Assembly: GCA_030593885.1 (NCBI GenBank)
Contig: JAUVGH010000006.1
Location: 180 to 64,179, forward strand
Length of the DNA stretch: 64,000 bases
Source of the DNA: Methanomassiliicoccales archaeon
GTDB lineage: Archaea; Thermoplasmatota; Thermoplasmata; RBG-16-68-12; SOIM01
Direction: 5' to 3'
The translations under genes were made by a program, and so were the position numbers. The first letter of the stretch is position 1; each line of letters begins with the position of its first letter. The notes under the pieces were generated by a model. The model was not told the DNA's origin. It was given only the letters and a program-made list of their open reading frames with translations, and did no database searches. This document shows, one piece after another, positions 46,201-54,598 of this stretch.

Positions 46201-47161
46201 CGTCGTCAAGGTCCGCGAAGCATGGTGCGCTGTTATCTCCAACATCCGTCCATTCCAGGCCGACCATGATTTCGGTGAAGATACCTGCAGTGTTCTCGAA
46301 GTAGTGAAGTGTCCCGTTAGCCTCACCCATTATCAAGTCAGGATAGTTGTTTCCGTCGATGTCCTCGAGGTCGATCGAGGCCGAACCGCTGTCAGCCGTC
46401 ACATTTGGAAGAACTACCCCAGGGGCCCAGGACGGAACACTTGCAGTTCCTTGGTTCTCATAGAAGTAGACCTCCCCGGCTTGGGTCCCAACGACCAGAT
46501 CCAGCAATCCATCGAAGTCCACGTCACCGACTGCTGGGTCCACTCTGCCCACGTAAGATATGCCTGAGAACATCGATGTGTTCCTCTTGAAGACACCTCC
46601 GACAAAGACGTCATGTCCTTCCAGGTAGTGCAGGGCTCCATCCAGGTTCTCGTAGTAATCCAGGTATCCGTTTGAGTTGCCCACGATCATATCAATGTCC
46701 CCATCCCCGTCCAAGTCCGCGAACTCTGGAGTGCTCCTGCTGCCAACGTCGATGTTCACATCTGCAAGCTGCTCGAACTTCCTGGTGATGTTGTCTTTCA
46801 GCCAGTTAGGTGATCTGTCGATGGCGTCCAGGATGGACTGTGGCATGCCCGCCGTTGCATCGGGCTCCTTCATCGGGATCAAGCTTTGGGTGGCTTGATC
46901 GAACTTGAGATAGTACTGTCCTCCCTGGGGTATCCAGATTGTGTCTGACAGATAATCCACCGACTGCTGCGGTACGGGATCATCCGACCCTCTTGTGCTC
47001 GGCGGGTCATCCGAACCTGTCCCCTCTCCGGAGTTCAAACTCGTCACACCCGCGAGAGGCCCTAGCTGGAAGACCAGGGAAAGACCAACGATAAGAACTA
47101 GTATCCGGCCCACTGGAGACGTGATTCTCCGCTTCATTGATAATCTCCTCCGTGTCGACAA
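43250..47161 (-). CDS. Secreted 1303-aa protein: signal peptide, FG-GAP/VCBS beta-propeller repeats, transglutaminase-like Cys-His-Asp core, CarboxypepD_reg-like and Fn3-like domains
   Basis: Five DxDGDGxxD...G..G.L.Y(Y/F)EN repeats at aa ~145-390. GNCGELGDL..GDHCYGTFY..WHQQD at aa 685-730 (nt ~44957-45124). LTWPASPDD..RYDIY is Fn3-like. There is no C-terminal TM helix. Confidence 0.88.
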   Translation of the reverse strand: MSTRRRLSMKRRITSPVGRILVLIVGLSLVFQLGPLAGVTSLNSGEGTGSDDPPSTRGSDDPVPQQSVDYLSDTIWIPQGGQYYLKFDQATQSLIPMKEPDATAGMPQSILDAIDRSPNWLKDNITRKFEQLADVNIDVGSRSTPEFADLDGDGDIDMIVGNSNGYLDYYENLDGALHYLEGHDVFVGGVFKRNTSMFSGISYVGRVDPAVGDVDFDGLLDLVVGTQAGEVYFYENQGTASVPSWAPGVVLPNVTADSGSASIDLEDIDGNNYPDLIMGEANGTLHYFENTAGIFTEIMVGLEWTDVGDNSAPCFADLDDDGDFDLTVGDNTGTVKQFWNETINWTMDTLVFPYIDLPADAAPALIDLNLDYIPDLVLGENNGKLHYYQNIGTVAQPEWLMYDSVGTSFNYANHRQFYSDNNSVFLMERNVPARAVEFADYINTVPQKMVDELVFSIAHSGTASLMHGSTWAEVWLNNTETLYHNDAHLDYANIVDYNLGTPDQFSTVEYWVKEEGCCNLSRQEYPPYIYYWWIVHPKGSDELPTFINPRFVNSGHFGAEPRWPAGNGTFWRWSVFNMADTHWPDDSALSVKYPKEENPPLLKDKIAGIKYLWDGVPYTTPRLYNNSGETARGNDGLPLRPWTKDTHAIEVMTHWVESTLALNAQEDNDGNRPRQMVRIQFEHNGNCGELGDLTLAAARATLIPYMEVLGIAGDHCYGTFYERGWHQQDNHWSASTTIVDNWDLYHYGWNRDWGSLITYRGDGAMQAPFPINETHRIDDHNGNGGSDRGNVTVKVTDWNGNPIDGVRVSLADWNYKPPFGTSFGGAWLYTDGDGIAYFTTSESRQNSMGDNAYNEGLLIHMNSRYGEEIWNRGYPNRLIINVPGINNEPMYYVNWTAPTNNSRPFPLISPAVPLLPGTFSLNFRFDVEVGIQHPANGFGMDDSTITKKLYHDEEIFTGIHLDAFIVNRTEFDKFLKGYPFEGYNATSNRESYTLSFDIPSADDWYVVLSNRDSIETSKLVNIEASLQDSGQPPDVQVLPPGPVSAQLSGPSLGYITLTWPASPDDGAGENDVVRYDIYSSSEYNPAGKGYSIIASVGPGITSYDVPRMGADHLPHFFLVSAVDGSFNEGRGPNQAAKVAVQVCYGMQLVSSVLNVPGQSLPNVFGPLSFDRAWVYDDADPTNKWKASVPGKLIGDLDPAWNVDRATAYWIDFHEDGLLQIIGDVWVTTNINLKAGWNLVGYPSINAQYTVADLKMETGATEVETSDYSAPIYNLKRLSDSDMLIPGHGYWIYVPTDTLWIVNF

Positions 47162-47284
47162 TCAACAAGACTGGCGTACATTTTGGTATTCCGTCCTATC
47201 TATAAGTATCTTTTTCACTACTTGGCAATGTCTAATATACCACAATCACTTATCAGCTCGTCCACGAAGGACGGAGGGTAGAGA

Positions 47285-48268
47285 ATGGTCGCACAACCAC
47301 CGATGCCGGGTATGGGTTACCAGCAACCTCAACCTTTTTACCAGAGGGAACTGGAGACTCTGAAAGGTCTGAAGCACATCAACTGGGGAATAATACTGTA
47401 CATCGTGGCCACGCTTCTTCTGCTGTTGGTGGCGGTGGTGGCAGTCATCACTGTGTTTTCTATCATAGAATCGTCAGATCCGACTCCGGATCTGGGACCA
47501 TTGCTTGGCCTGGCTGCATTAGCCTGCGGCGGTCTATTGCTGTATCTGACAACCATCGTTCTCTGGTTACTCGGGATTTATGAGATGAACAAAGGCAAGG
47601 ACGAGTTCAGCTCTGAGCATTCTGCGAATGTAAGTAGGGCGGTCATGCTCATCGTACTTTTCATCGTGTTCGTCGTGATCAGCTTTGTCGTGACCATGAT
47701 CCTTGCGCTCAGTTGGGCCGATCCGTTTGCTACCCCATCCACAGCCGAGATGATCGATTCGCTAAGACTCACTGTTCTGGTCAGCGGAATCTTCGGCATA
47801 ATAACCACCGCCATGCTGGGCTTGGCCATTGTTTACCTGATATTGTCTCTCTGCGACGAGAAATACAAGAAGATCCTTTGGGCGGCCTTCGCCGTGAATA
47901 TGATCGTCACCGCGGTAGGCACTGCGATTTCAATAGCCGTGGTGTACGGCGATCTGAGCGCCATCACTGACGTCAACGACTTAGCCAGCGTCTCTAGCGC
48001 AGGAGATCTGGCCCAAGGCATGTCCTTCATCGCTTTCATCTTGTTTCTCTTGGCCTACAGGCATGCATACAATAGAGTCAGAACCGGAGAGCTTCAACCA
48101 GTCCCCATGCCCCAACCGCAGATGGGTTATATGCCACCTCCCCCGGGTCCTTACTATCAAACCGGCCCACCACCGACAGCAGCCCCACCTCCGAACGTAT
48201 GCCCAAGCTGCAACTCGCCAGTAGTTCCAGGGGAAACGTTCTGCGCAAACTGTGGAGCGAGGCTGTAG
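47285..48268 (+). CDS. Polytopic membrane protein with a P/Q/M-rich N-terminus and a C-terminal zinc ribbon
   Basis: 327 aa, starting MVAQPPMPGMGYQQPQPFYQ. About 6 TM segments, then a PPPPGPYYQTGPPP linker and CPSCNSPVVPGETFCANCG. SD GGAGGGT lies upstream. Confidence 0.8.
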   Translation: MVAQPPMPGMGYQQPQPFYQRELETLKGLKHINWGIILYIVATLLLLLVAVVAVITVFSIIESSDPTPDLGPLLGLAALACGGLLLYLTTIVLWLLGIYEMNKGKDEFSSEHSANVSRAVMLIVLFIVFVVISFVVTMILALSWADPFATPSTAEMIDSLRLTVLVSGIFGIITTAMLGLAIVYLILSLCDEKYKKILWAAFAVNMIVTAVGTAISIAVVYGDLSAITDVNDLASVSSAGDLAQGMSFIAFILFLLAYRHAYNRVRTGELQPVPMPQPQMGYMPPPPGPYYQTGPPPTAAPPPNVCPSCNSPVVPGETFCANCGARL

Positions 48269-48270
48269 GG

Positions 48271-48993
48271 CTAAGGCAGATAGTCTACGGACATATGCTT
48301 CCTGATCGATTCACAGAAGTCTTCATCCAGAGCTGGGTCTCCAAACAGACTCTCGGCAACCTTCTCGCTCGGGACCCCCTCCTTCGCACCTCTTGAGACG
48401 ATTTCAGCGACTCTCCCTGCAGATTCCTTATCTTCCAAGAATGATGCCAGTACCTGGACGAAATCCTTGATAAGATCTGCCGATGAAGAGAAATAGAGCT
48501 TCGAATGTCTGTTTGCGAGGTGTTCGGACACATCTTGCACCAGTTCTTCGGGCTCAAGGTCTTCGATGAGTGAGATCTTCCACACATGCCTCACAAACCC
48601 GAATGGACCCATCTTGTCGACGGTGTCGGCATCATGAACTACCTTCGCTTCCGGTGTTTTGGCCTCGACCTCTCCGTCATGAGCCTCAATGCAGTGAGTG
48701 ACCATTTCAATATCTTCGGGATCTACGCCGATTTCTGTCAAGTACTCCTTCGCCGGTTCGATCCCTGCAAAACAGTGACCTTTGTTCCCATTTATCAGAC
48801 CAAGATCGTGAAGCCAACCGCCGGCTACGCAGATGTCATGTCTCGCATACTCGACGTCGGCCAAGTATTCGACTATCTTGTTGACCCTGTGCAGGTGCTG
48901 ATTGCCCTTGGATTTTCCATCGAACGCCACGACCCAATCCATGCAGATCGCGTAGTCCATTATGACCTCCAACTTGTCCTCACCTATTGTCAT
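48271..48993 (-). CDS. HD-domain phosphohydrolase
   Basis: 240 aa with GWLHDLG, HCIEAHDG and HDADTVDKMG motifs. Confidence 0.8.
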   Translation of the reverse strand: MTIGEDKLEVIMDYAICMDWVVAFDGKSKGNQHLHRVNKIVEYLADVEYARHDICVAGGWLHDLGLINGNKGHCFAGIEPAKEYLTEIGVDPEDIEMVTHCIEAHDGEVEAKTPEAKVVHDADTVDKMGPFGFVRHVWKISLIEDLEPEELVQDVSEHLANRHSKLYFSSSADLIKDFVQVLASFLEDKESAGRVAEIVSRGAKEGVPSEKVAESLFGDPALDEDFCESIRKHMSVDYLP

Positions 48994-49006
48994 GCATATC
49001 CCTCTC

Positions 49007-50440
49007 TCAACCAGGTGGGGCCTGGAACAGGAACCCTGGGTCCTCCATCATAAGATATGTGGGGCTTCCTTCTTTCTCCAGTCCGTCTATGAACTCCCTG
49101 ATCCTCTTCAATGGGGAGTCACCAGCATCGCCGACATAATCGAACGGGAGCAGATCCATCTCTTCCATCGACAGACCATCCTGAATGATGTGGAGATGCC
49201 CCCAGCCCAGGTGTTCGAGCACCCTCAGCAGGTCCACCGGCTTCTGCTTCCCTATCTTGAAGTCCCTCATGACCTCCTCCTGAACCTCTCTCCTTGCCCT
49301 TTCTATCGCTCCAGAGACGACCTCTTGATCCGGCAAGTGCCCCAAATCCTCCTCCATCTTCTCGAAGATCTCGGCCGAGAAGCGCATGAGGTCTTTGAAC
49401 ACCTCGTTCCCGATGCCATCTGGACATGGAGCCAGTAGTAGGATTCTTCCACCTTCTTTGGTTGCCCTGTAGGCCGCGTTGATGGCCTTTCCTGCCTGGT
49501 ACACATCTATCCCCTTCGACATTGCACTTACGACCGTCACGTCCGCCTTCTTCTCAATTGGATGGACGTACACCTTTTCCAGTATCTTGCGGTCCCTCTC
49601 ATGGGTCTCGAAGATGTCTCCTCCGGACAACTGCACGAGCCTTCCTTCCGGGTCCACGACCGATAGTATCGAGTACACCAGCGTTCCCTTTTCGGACAGT
49701 TTCTTCAGTATCAAGCTAACAATCTCGATCTTCCGATCGAAGACTGGATTGCCATTAACCACGCCAGTATCCACGTTGTCCGCGAACCCCAGTTCTCCGA
49801 ACATTCGAAGGTGCTCATCGGTGATTATCCTCTCACCGCATATCCCCGGACATATCTGTTTGGGTCCTCCCGCAACGCCTGCGAAATAGTGGTAGTCAAG
49901 GTCGCTCAACGGGATCAGTATCTCCGATTCGAAGGCCACCCTGTCGATCTCAACCGGCACTCCATCCAGATTACCGACTGAAACCAGGTTTTCGGTGCAA
50001 CTGTGGGCGAATACCTTGTCCCGATGCCTGGGCCAGATCTCTCCACCCAGCATCTTCCGATACTCACTTTCAGAGGGCGCTCTGTGAGTTCCGCCGCAGA
50101 CCAGGATCCTCAGGTTCTCCTCACTCAGACCAAGATGGATCAGCTCTTCGAACAACAATGGCAACAGGATCCTCGTGTGTATGTTCTCACGGGTATGATC
50201 GTCCACCATGATGGTGCAATGTCCGCCCCTGTATCTGCTCTGGATGAACTCCTTGAGCGGCGGCGTATCCTGTCCTATCGAGTTGGAGATTTCCTCCTTC
50301 AACCTCTGCCTGACGTCCTCGATGGGGGGATGCCCCTCTGGCGCGCAGCACTCAATGAGCCTCCCTTCTTCCACGATTGACTTGGGTAAGATGCCCTCCA
50401 GCAACTCATCTCCGTAGATCATCTGGCCGATGTACTCCAT
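49007..50440 (-). CDS. LarA-like (lactate racemase / DUF2088 family) protein
   Basis: 477 aa. MVDDHTRE, CGGTHRAPSE, YHYFAGVAGGPKQICPGI and GNPVF parallel the LarA ITRP / GxHR / HxFAGxSGGxK / GNP motifs. Confidence 0.72.
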   Translation of the reverse strand: MEYIGQMIYGDELLEGILPKSIVEEGRLIECCAPEGHPPIEDVRQRLKEEISNSIGQDTPPLKEFIQSRYRGGHCTIMVDDHTRENIHTRILLPLLFEELIHLGLSEENLRILVCGGTHRAPSESEYRKMLGGEIWPRHRDKVFAHSCTENLVSVGNLDGVPVEIDRVAFESEILIPLSDLDYHYFAGVAGGPKQICPGICGERIITDEHLRMFGELGFADNVDTGVVNGNPVFDRKIEIVSLILKKLSEKGTLVYSILSVVDPEGRLVQLSGGDIFETHERDRKILEKVYVHPIEKKADVTVVSAMSKGIDVYQAGKAINAAYRATKEGGRILLLAPCPDGIGNEVFKDLMRFSAEIFEKMEEDLGHLPDQEVVSGAIERARREVQEEVMRDFKIGKQKPVDLLRVLEHLGWGHLHIIQDGLSMEEMDLLPFDYVGDAGDSPLKRIREFIDGLEKEGSPTYLMMEDPGFLFQAPPG

Positions 50441-50510
50441 CCTACACCCCTGACCTCACACTACATATGCCCATTCAGAATTCGGTATAAAGGGTTTTTG
50501 AGTAAGATGG

Positions 50511-53423
50511 TCAGGAAGACTTCTCGATCGCTATTGAGATCTCTTTGTCCCCGATGGTGTAGCCCTTCAGTTCCTCGTGCTTCTCAAGGAGAACTTCCTC
50601 AGAAAGCGTCTCACGCTTAAGATAATCCTCCCATTGGCCCAGTACTTCGGCCACCCTTCCTGTGCTGTCCTCGACGAACAGGCGGATCTTGTCCTCCACG
50701 TGGAGGTCCTTCTCTTTCCGCAATCTTTGCACCCGGCGTACCAGTTCTCGCACGAATCCCTCGTCCCTCAGCTCTTTGGTCAGTTCGGTGTCAAGCAGTA
50801 TCTTCAGATTGTGCCCTTCGTAGTCCTCTTCCACGAAGTCTCCCCAGAACTCCCCGTCATAGGTCTTTATGTTCAGTTCTTCAAGCAGGATGTCACGAAG
50901 GTTCTCGTTCAGGTCCGAGTCGTCTATGAACACCCTTGCCTTGGCCAGGGGCTGCCTGGTCTTCAACTTCTTCTCCGCCCTCACTGACAATCCAATCTCT
51001 GTTATCCTTCTCAGGAGCAGCATCTCTTCCTCGAGCTTCTCGTCCACCAGTTCTGGATTTGCGACTGGGAAATCTGTGAGATGAACGCTCTCGGGGGACG
51101 ACTCGTCCACAGACCTCACGAGGTTCTGATATATCTCCTCCGCCAGGAAGGGAGTCAGAGGGGCTAACATCTTGGTGATCGAGTTCAGAACATGGTAAAG
51201 AACGTCGTACGCCTGCTTCTTCTGCTCACTGCTCTCTGCCTTCCAGAATCGTCTCCTGGACCTTCGGATGTACCAGTTGGCCAGGTCCTGAATGAGCTCA
51301 TCGAGGATCCTGGTGGTATCGCAGACCTCGAATTTCTCCATGTGGTCGGTGAACGATGCCAGACTCGAGTTCAACCTGGAGATCATCCATCTGTCCAGAA
51401 CGTCATCCGATTTCGGAGCGGCTTCCGGGTCAAGGTCTGGCTGGTCCACTGACGCATAGGTGATGAAGAACCTGTACACGTTCCAGAGGATTGACAGCAG
51501 TCTTGTTGGTTGCTTGGCCGCGCCATACCCGAACCTCAGATCGAACCTCGGGTTCTGGGCACTGTACACCCATCGCATCACATCCGCTCCCATCTTCTCG
51601 ATGGCCTCATCGAACCAGATCACGTTGCCCTTGCTCCTGTGCATCGCATCCCCGTTCTCGTCGACCACCCTCTCGTACATCACGACGCTGTTGAACGGAG
51701 CCTTCCCCTCCAGAACGCAGCTCATGACCAGCAGGGAGTAGAACCAGAGACGCACCTGCTCCCTCATCTCCAGAACCAGCTCGGACGGGAACCATTCCTT
51801 CCAGTAGTCCCTGTCATGTCCGTACTCAAGTGTCGAATACGGTACGATGCCAGCGTCAAGCCAGCAGTCGCCCACCTCTCTCACCCGTGACATCTCCTCT
51901 TCGCATTCCGGGCATCTGATCTTGAAATCATCTATCCAAGGCCTGTGCAGTTCGGGAAGTTCGGCATCCTTGTCCACAGCCTTCTCTAGCAGTTCTTCCT
52001 TCGAGGAAACGATTTGGAAGTGTTCGTTCTTGCACACGTAGAATGGCAGCGGCAATCCCCAGTACCTCTTCCTTGAGATGCACCAGTCCCCCAATGCGTT
52101 CAACCAATCATCCATCAGTTTCTCGCCGAACTTGGGCTTCCAGTTCACTTTCTTCATCTCTTCCAGCATCAGGCCCCTGAGCTTGGGCACGGCCAGGAAC
52201 CACTCGTTCACCAGCCGGAACACGATTTCCTCGTGGCACCTCCAGCATTCAGGATATCTGTGCTCGTAGTCGTGAATCTTGTAGACCAGACCCTTCTGCC
52301 TCAGGTTCTCGAAGATCTCGTCATTGGTCTCGAACACCGACTTACCGGTCAGAGGTTCGAACCCTTCCATGAACACCCCGTTCTCGTCAATCGGACAGAT
52401 GGCCGGCAGGTCATGTTCCTTCGCCAGCTCATAGTCCTCCTGTCCGCAGCCGGGTGCGATGTGGACGATCCCGGTACCCTCTTCTGCGCCCACCTCGTCC
52501 CAGAGCAACACCCTGTGCTCGACGCCGCTTTGAGCCTTCAGCTCGTCGAACGGGCCTTTGTACTCCTTGCCTTCCAGCTCCGAACCCATCATGACATCCA
52601 GGATCTTGTTATCTCCATCCAGTGCCGGTACTGCATCCTCCGCAAGTATCAGGATCTCGCCTTCATTTGACACTTCAACATATCTCTCATCGGGGTTGAC
52701 CGCGATGGCAACGTTGGATGACAGCGTCCACGGTGTAGTCGTCCAGACCAGGAAATTCTTGTTCTCTTCCCCTATGATGGGGAACTTGAGGTAAATCGCC
52801 TTGTGGACCATCTCCCTGTAAGAGTCCATCAGCTCATGTTGGGAGAGGGACGTGCCACACCTGACGCACCACTGCATAACCCTCGCGCCCTTGTACAGCA
52901 TGTCCTTGTCGTTGCACACTTTCAAGAAATGCCAGATGCTCTGAATGTTCTCATCCGACATGGTGAAATATGAGTTGGGCCAGTCCATCCACTGACCGAG
53001 GACCTTGGACTGCTGCTCGATTATCCCTGCATACTTCATAACGCGTTCACGGCACTTCCTCGAGAAGTTGTCCAGACCGTAATCCTCGATGTCCTTCTTG
53101 GTCTTCAGGCCCAGGGCCTTCTCGGTCTCCACCTCCACCCAGAGCCCTTGGCAATCGAAGCCGTTCTGAAGCCTCTGGTTGAAACCTTGGAGCGCCTTGA
53201 ACCTCTGGATGACGTCCTTGAGCGTCCTTCCCCATGCGTGGTGCACACCCATGGGATTGTTGGCCGTGATAGGCCCGTCTATGAAGGAATAGTTGTGTCC
53301 GTTAGAGTTCTTCTCCATCAGTTTGTTCACGAACTCTCCTTCTTCCCAGTACGCAAGCCACTTGTCCGCGATCTCCTTGAAGTTGGGGTAGGAGCCGACT
53401 TCTGGGAATTTCCCTTTACTCAT
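50511..53423 (-). CDS. ileS: Isoleucyl-tRNA synthetase (type 2-like)
   Basis: GPITANNPMGVHHAWGRTLKD (HIGH variant), DWCISRKRYWGLPLP and HRSKGN (KMSKS variant). The start is set at ATG 53423, 8 nt after GGAGG. The TTG-extended ORF (53438) actually encodes the SD. Confidence 0.85.
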   Translation of the reverse strand: MSKGKFPEVGSYPNFKEIADKWLAYWEEGEFVNKLMEKNSNGHNYSFIDGPITANNPMGVHHAWGRTLKDVIQRFKALQGFNQRLQNGFDCQGLWVEVETEKALGLKTKKDIEDYGLDNFSRKCRERVMKYAGIIEQQSKVLGQWMDWPNSYFTMSDENIQSIWHFLKVCNDKDMLYKGARVMQWCVRCGTSLSQHELMDSYREMVHKAIYLKFPIIGEENKNFLVWTTTPWTLSSNVAIAVNPDERYVEVSNEGEILILAEDAVPALDGDNKILDVMMGSELEGKEYKGPFDELKAQSGVEHRVLLWDEVGAEEGTGIVHIAPGCGQEDYELAKEHDLPAICPIDENGVFMEGFEPLTGKSVFETNDEIFENLRQKGLVYKIHDYEHRYPECWRCHEEIVFRLVNEWFLAVPKLRGLMLEEMKKVNWKPKFGEKLMDDWLNALGDWCISRKRYWGLPLPFYVCKNEHFQIVSSKEELLEKAVDKDAELPELHRPWIDDFKIRCPECEEEMSRVREVGDCWLDAGIVPYSTLEYGHDRDYWKEWFPSELVLEMREQVRLWFYSLLVMSCVLEGKAPFNSVVMYERVVDENGDAMHRSKGNVIWFDEAIEKMGADVMRWVYSAQNPRFDLRFGYGAAKQPTRLLSILWNVYRFFITYASVDQPDLDPEAAPKSDDVLDRWMISRLNSSLASFTDHMEKFEVCDTTRILDELIQDLANWYIRRSRRRFWKAESSEQKKQAYDVLYHVLNSITKMLAPLTPFLAEEIYQNLVRSVDESSPESVHLTDFPVANPELVDEKLEEEMLLLRRITEIGLSVRAEKKLKTRQPLAKARVFIDDSDLNENLRDILLEELNIKTYDGEFWGDFVEEDYEGHNLKILLDTELTKELRDEGFVRELVRRVQRLRKEKDLHVEDKIRLFVEDSTGRVAEVLGQWEDYLKRETLSEEVLLEKHEELKGYTIGDKEISIAIEKSS

Positions 53424-53629
53424 AATTTGTTCCTCCAAGAGCCAGAAAACAGTATGAACTCAAGCACTCGGAGGGCTCAGCGCCCTATGATAATGATAAT
53501 CGTGCAAGAGCTCATTGGGCGTTCATCTGGATTGGGGTATAAGTAGTTTATGCGTTGAGGTGTCTGGCACTTTGGAAAGGCGTACCGATTACCAGCGCAA
53601 ATGAATAATACATCCTTCATGATTATTCC

Positions 53630-54598
53630 GTGGGTGAGACCATTCGTTGTGTGGTGACAGGAGGAGCGGGGTTCATTGGCAGCCATCTCGTTGAGAGACT
53701 TCTTGACGAAGGCCACCACGTCGTTTGTGTCGATACCTTTGACGATTACTATTCTGGAAAGGAAGTGAACATCGGGAGCATTTCGGAGCATCCCAGCTTC
53801 GAACTCCAGAGGACCAACATTCTGGATTACGATGCCCTTCTTGCCAGCTTCAACGGCGCAGAGGTGGTGTTCCATCAGGCCGCCCAGCCCGGAGTTCGCG
53901 TCTCCATCGCGAATCCTTTCAAGACGTATTCAACCAATGTCAAAGGGACGCTCAACGTGTTGCTGGCCTGTCGCGATTCCGATGTCAAGAAGGTCGTTTA
54001 TGCATCCTCCTCTTCGGTTTATGGGAACGGCGTTCCGAGGCCCACGCATGAAGATTGTGAGACGAGGCCCATTTCTCCCTACGGAGTCAGCAAGTTGGCG
54101 ACCGAGCACTACTGCAGGGTCTTCGGGGAGTTGTACGGAATGAAGATAGTCGCTCTAAGGTACTTCACCGTCTTCGGTCCGCGGCAGAGGCCGGACATGG
54201 CGATCAGGAAGTTCGTTCGGTTGATGGAATCCGGTCAACCGGTGAACATCTACGGGGACGGAGAGCAGACCAGGGACTTCACATTCATCTCCGACGCGAT
54301 TGAGGCGAATATGCTGGCTATGGGAGGCAGTGGGGCGGACGGGGAAGCTGTCAACATCGGCGGAGGCAGTAGCGTTACCGTGAACCAGGTCGTTCAGAAG
54401 ATCAGGGCGCATTATCCGGAGTCTCCGGAGCCCATATATCAGGAGGTCCAGCAGGGGGATGTTGACCATACCCTTTCAGACAACTCCAAGGCAAGGGAAT
54501 TGCTGGGTTGGAAGCCCGCGGTTTCGTTCGACGAGGGTCTGAATGAATTCGTCGACTGGTACCGCTCGAATGTTCAAGGCAAGGCCATTGGTGATTGA
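53630..54598 (+). CDS. NAD-dependent nucleotide-sugar epimerase/dehydratase
   Basis: 322 aa with VTGGAGFIGSHL and YxxxK (YGVSK). GTG start about 25 nt downstream of the AT-rich AATGAATAATAC. Confidence 0.85.
   Translation: MGETIRCVVTGGAGFIGSHLVERLLDEGHHVVCVDTFDDYYSGKEVNIGSISEHPSFELQRTNILDYDALLASFNGAEVVFHQAAQPGVRVSIANPFKTYSTNVKGTLNVLLACRDSDVKKVVYASSSSVYGNGVPRPTHEDCETRPISPYGVSKLATEHYCRVFGELYGMKIVALRYFTVFGPRQRPDMAIRKFVRLMESGQPVNIYGDGEQTRDFTFISDAIEANMLAMGGSGADGEAVNIGGGSSVTVNQVVQKIRAHYPESPEPIYQEVQQGDVDHTLSDNSKARELLGWKPAVSFDEGLNEFVDWYRSNVQGKAIGD

Noticed and set aside
53424-53438. The TTG-initiated 5-codon N-terminal extension of ileS in the ORF track (MEEQI).
   Set aside because: Those codons spell the GGAGGA Shine-Dalgarno sequence, positioned 8 nt before ATG 53423.
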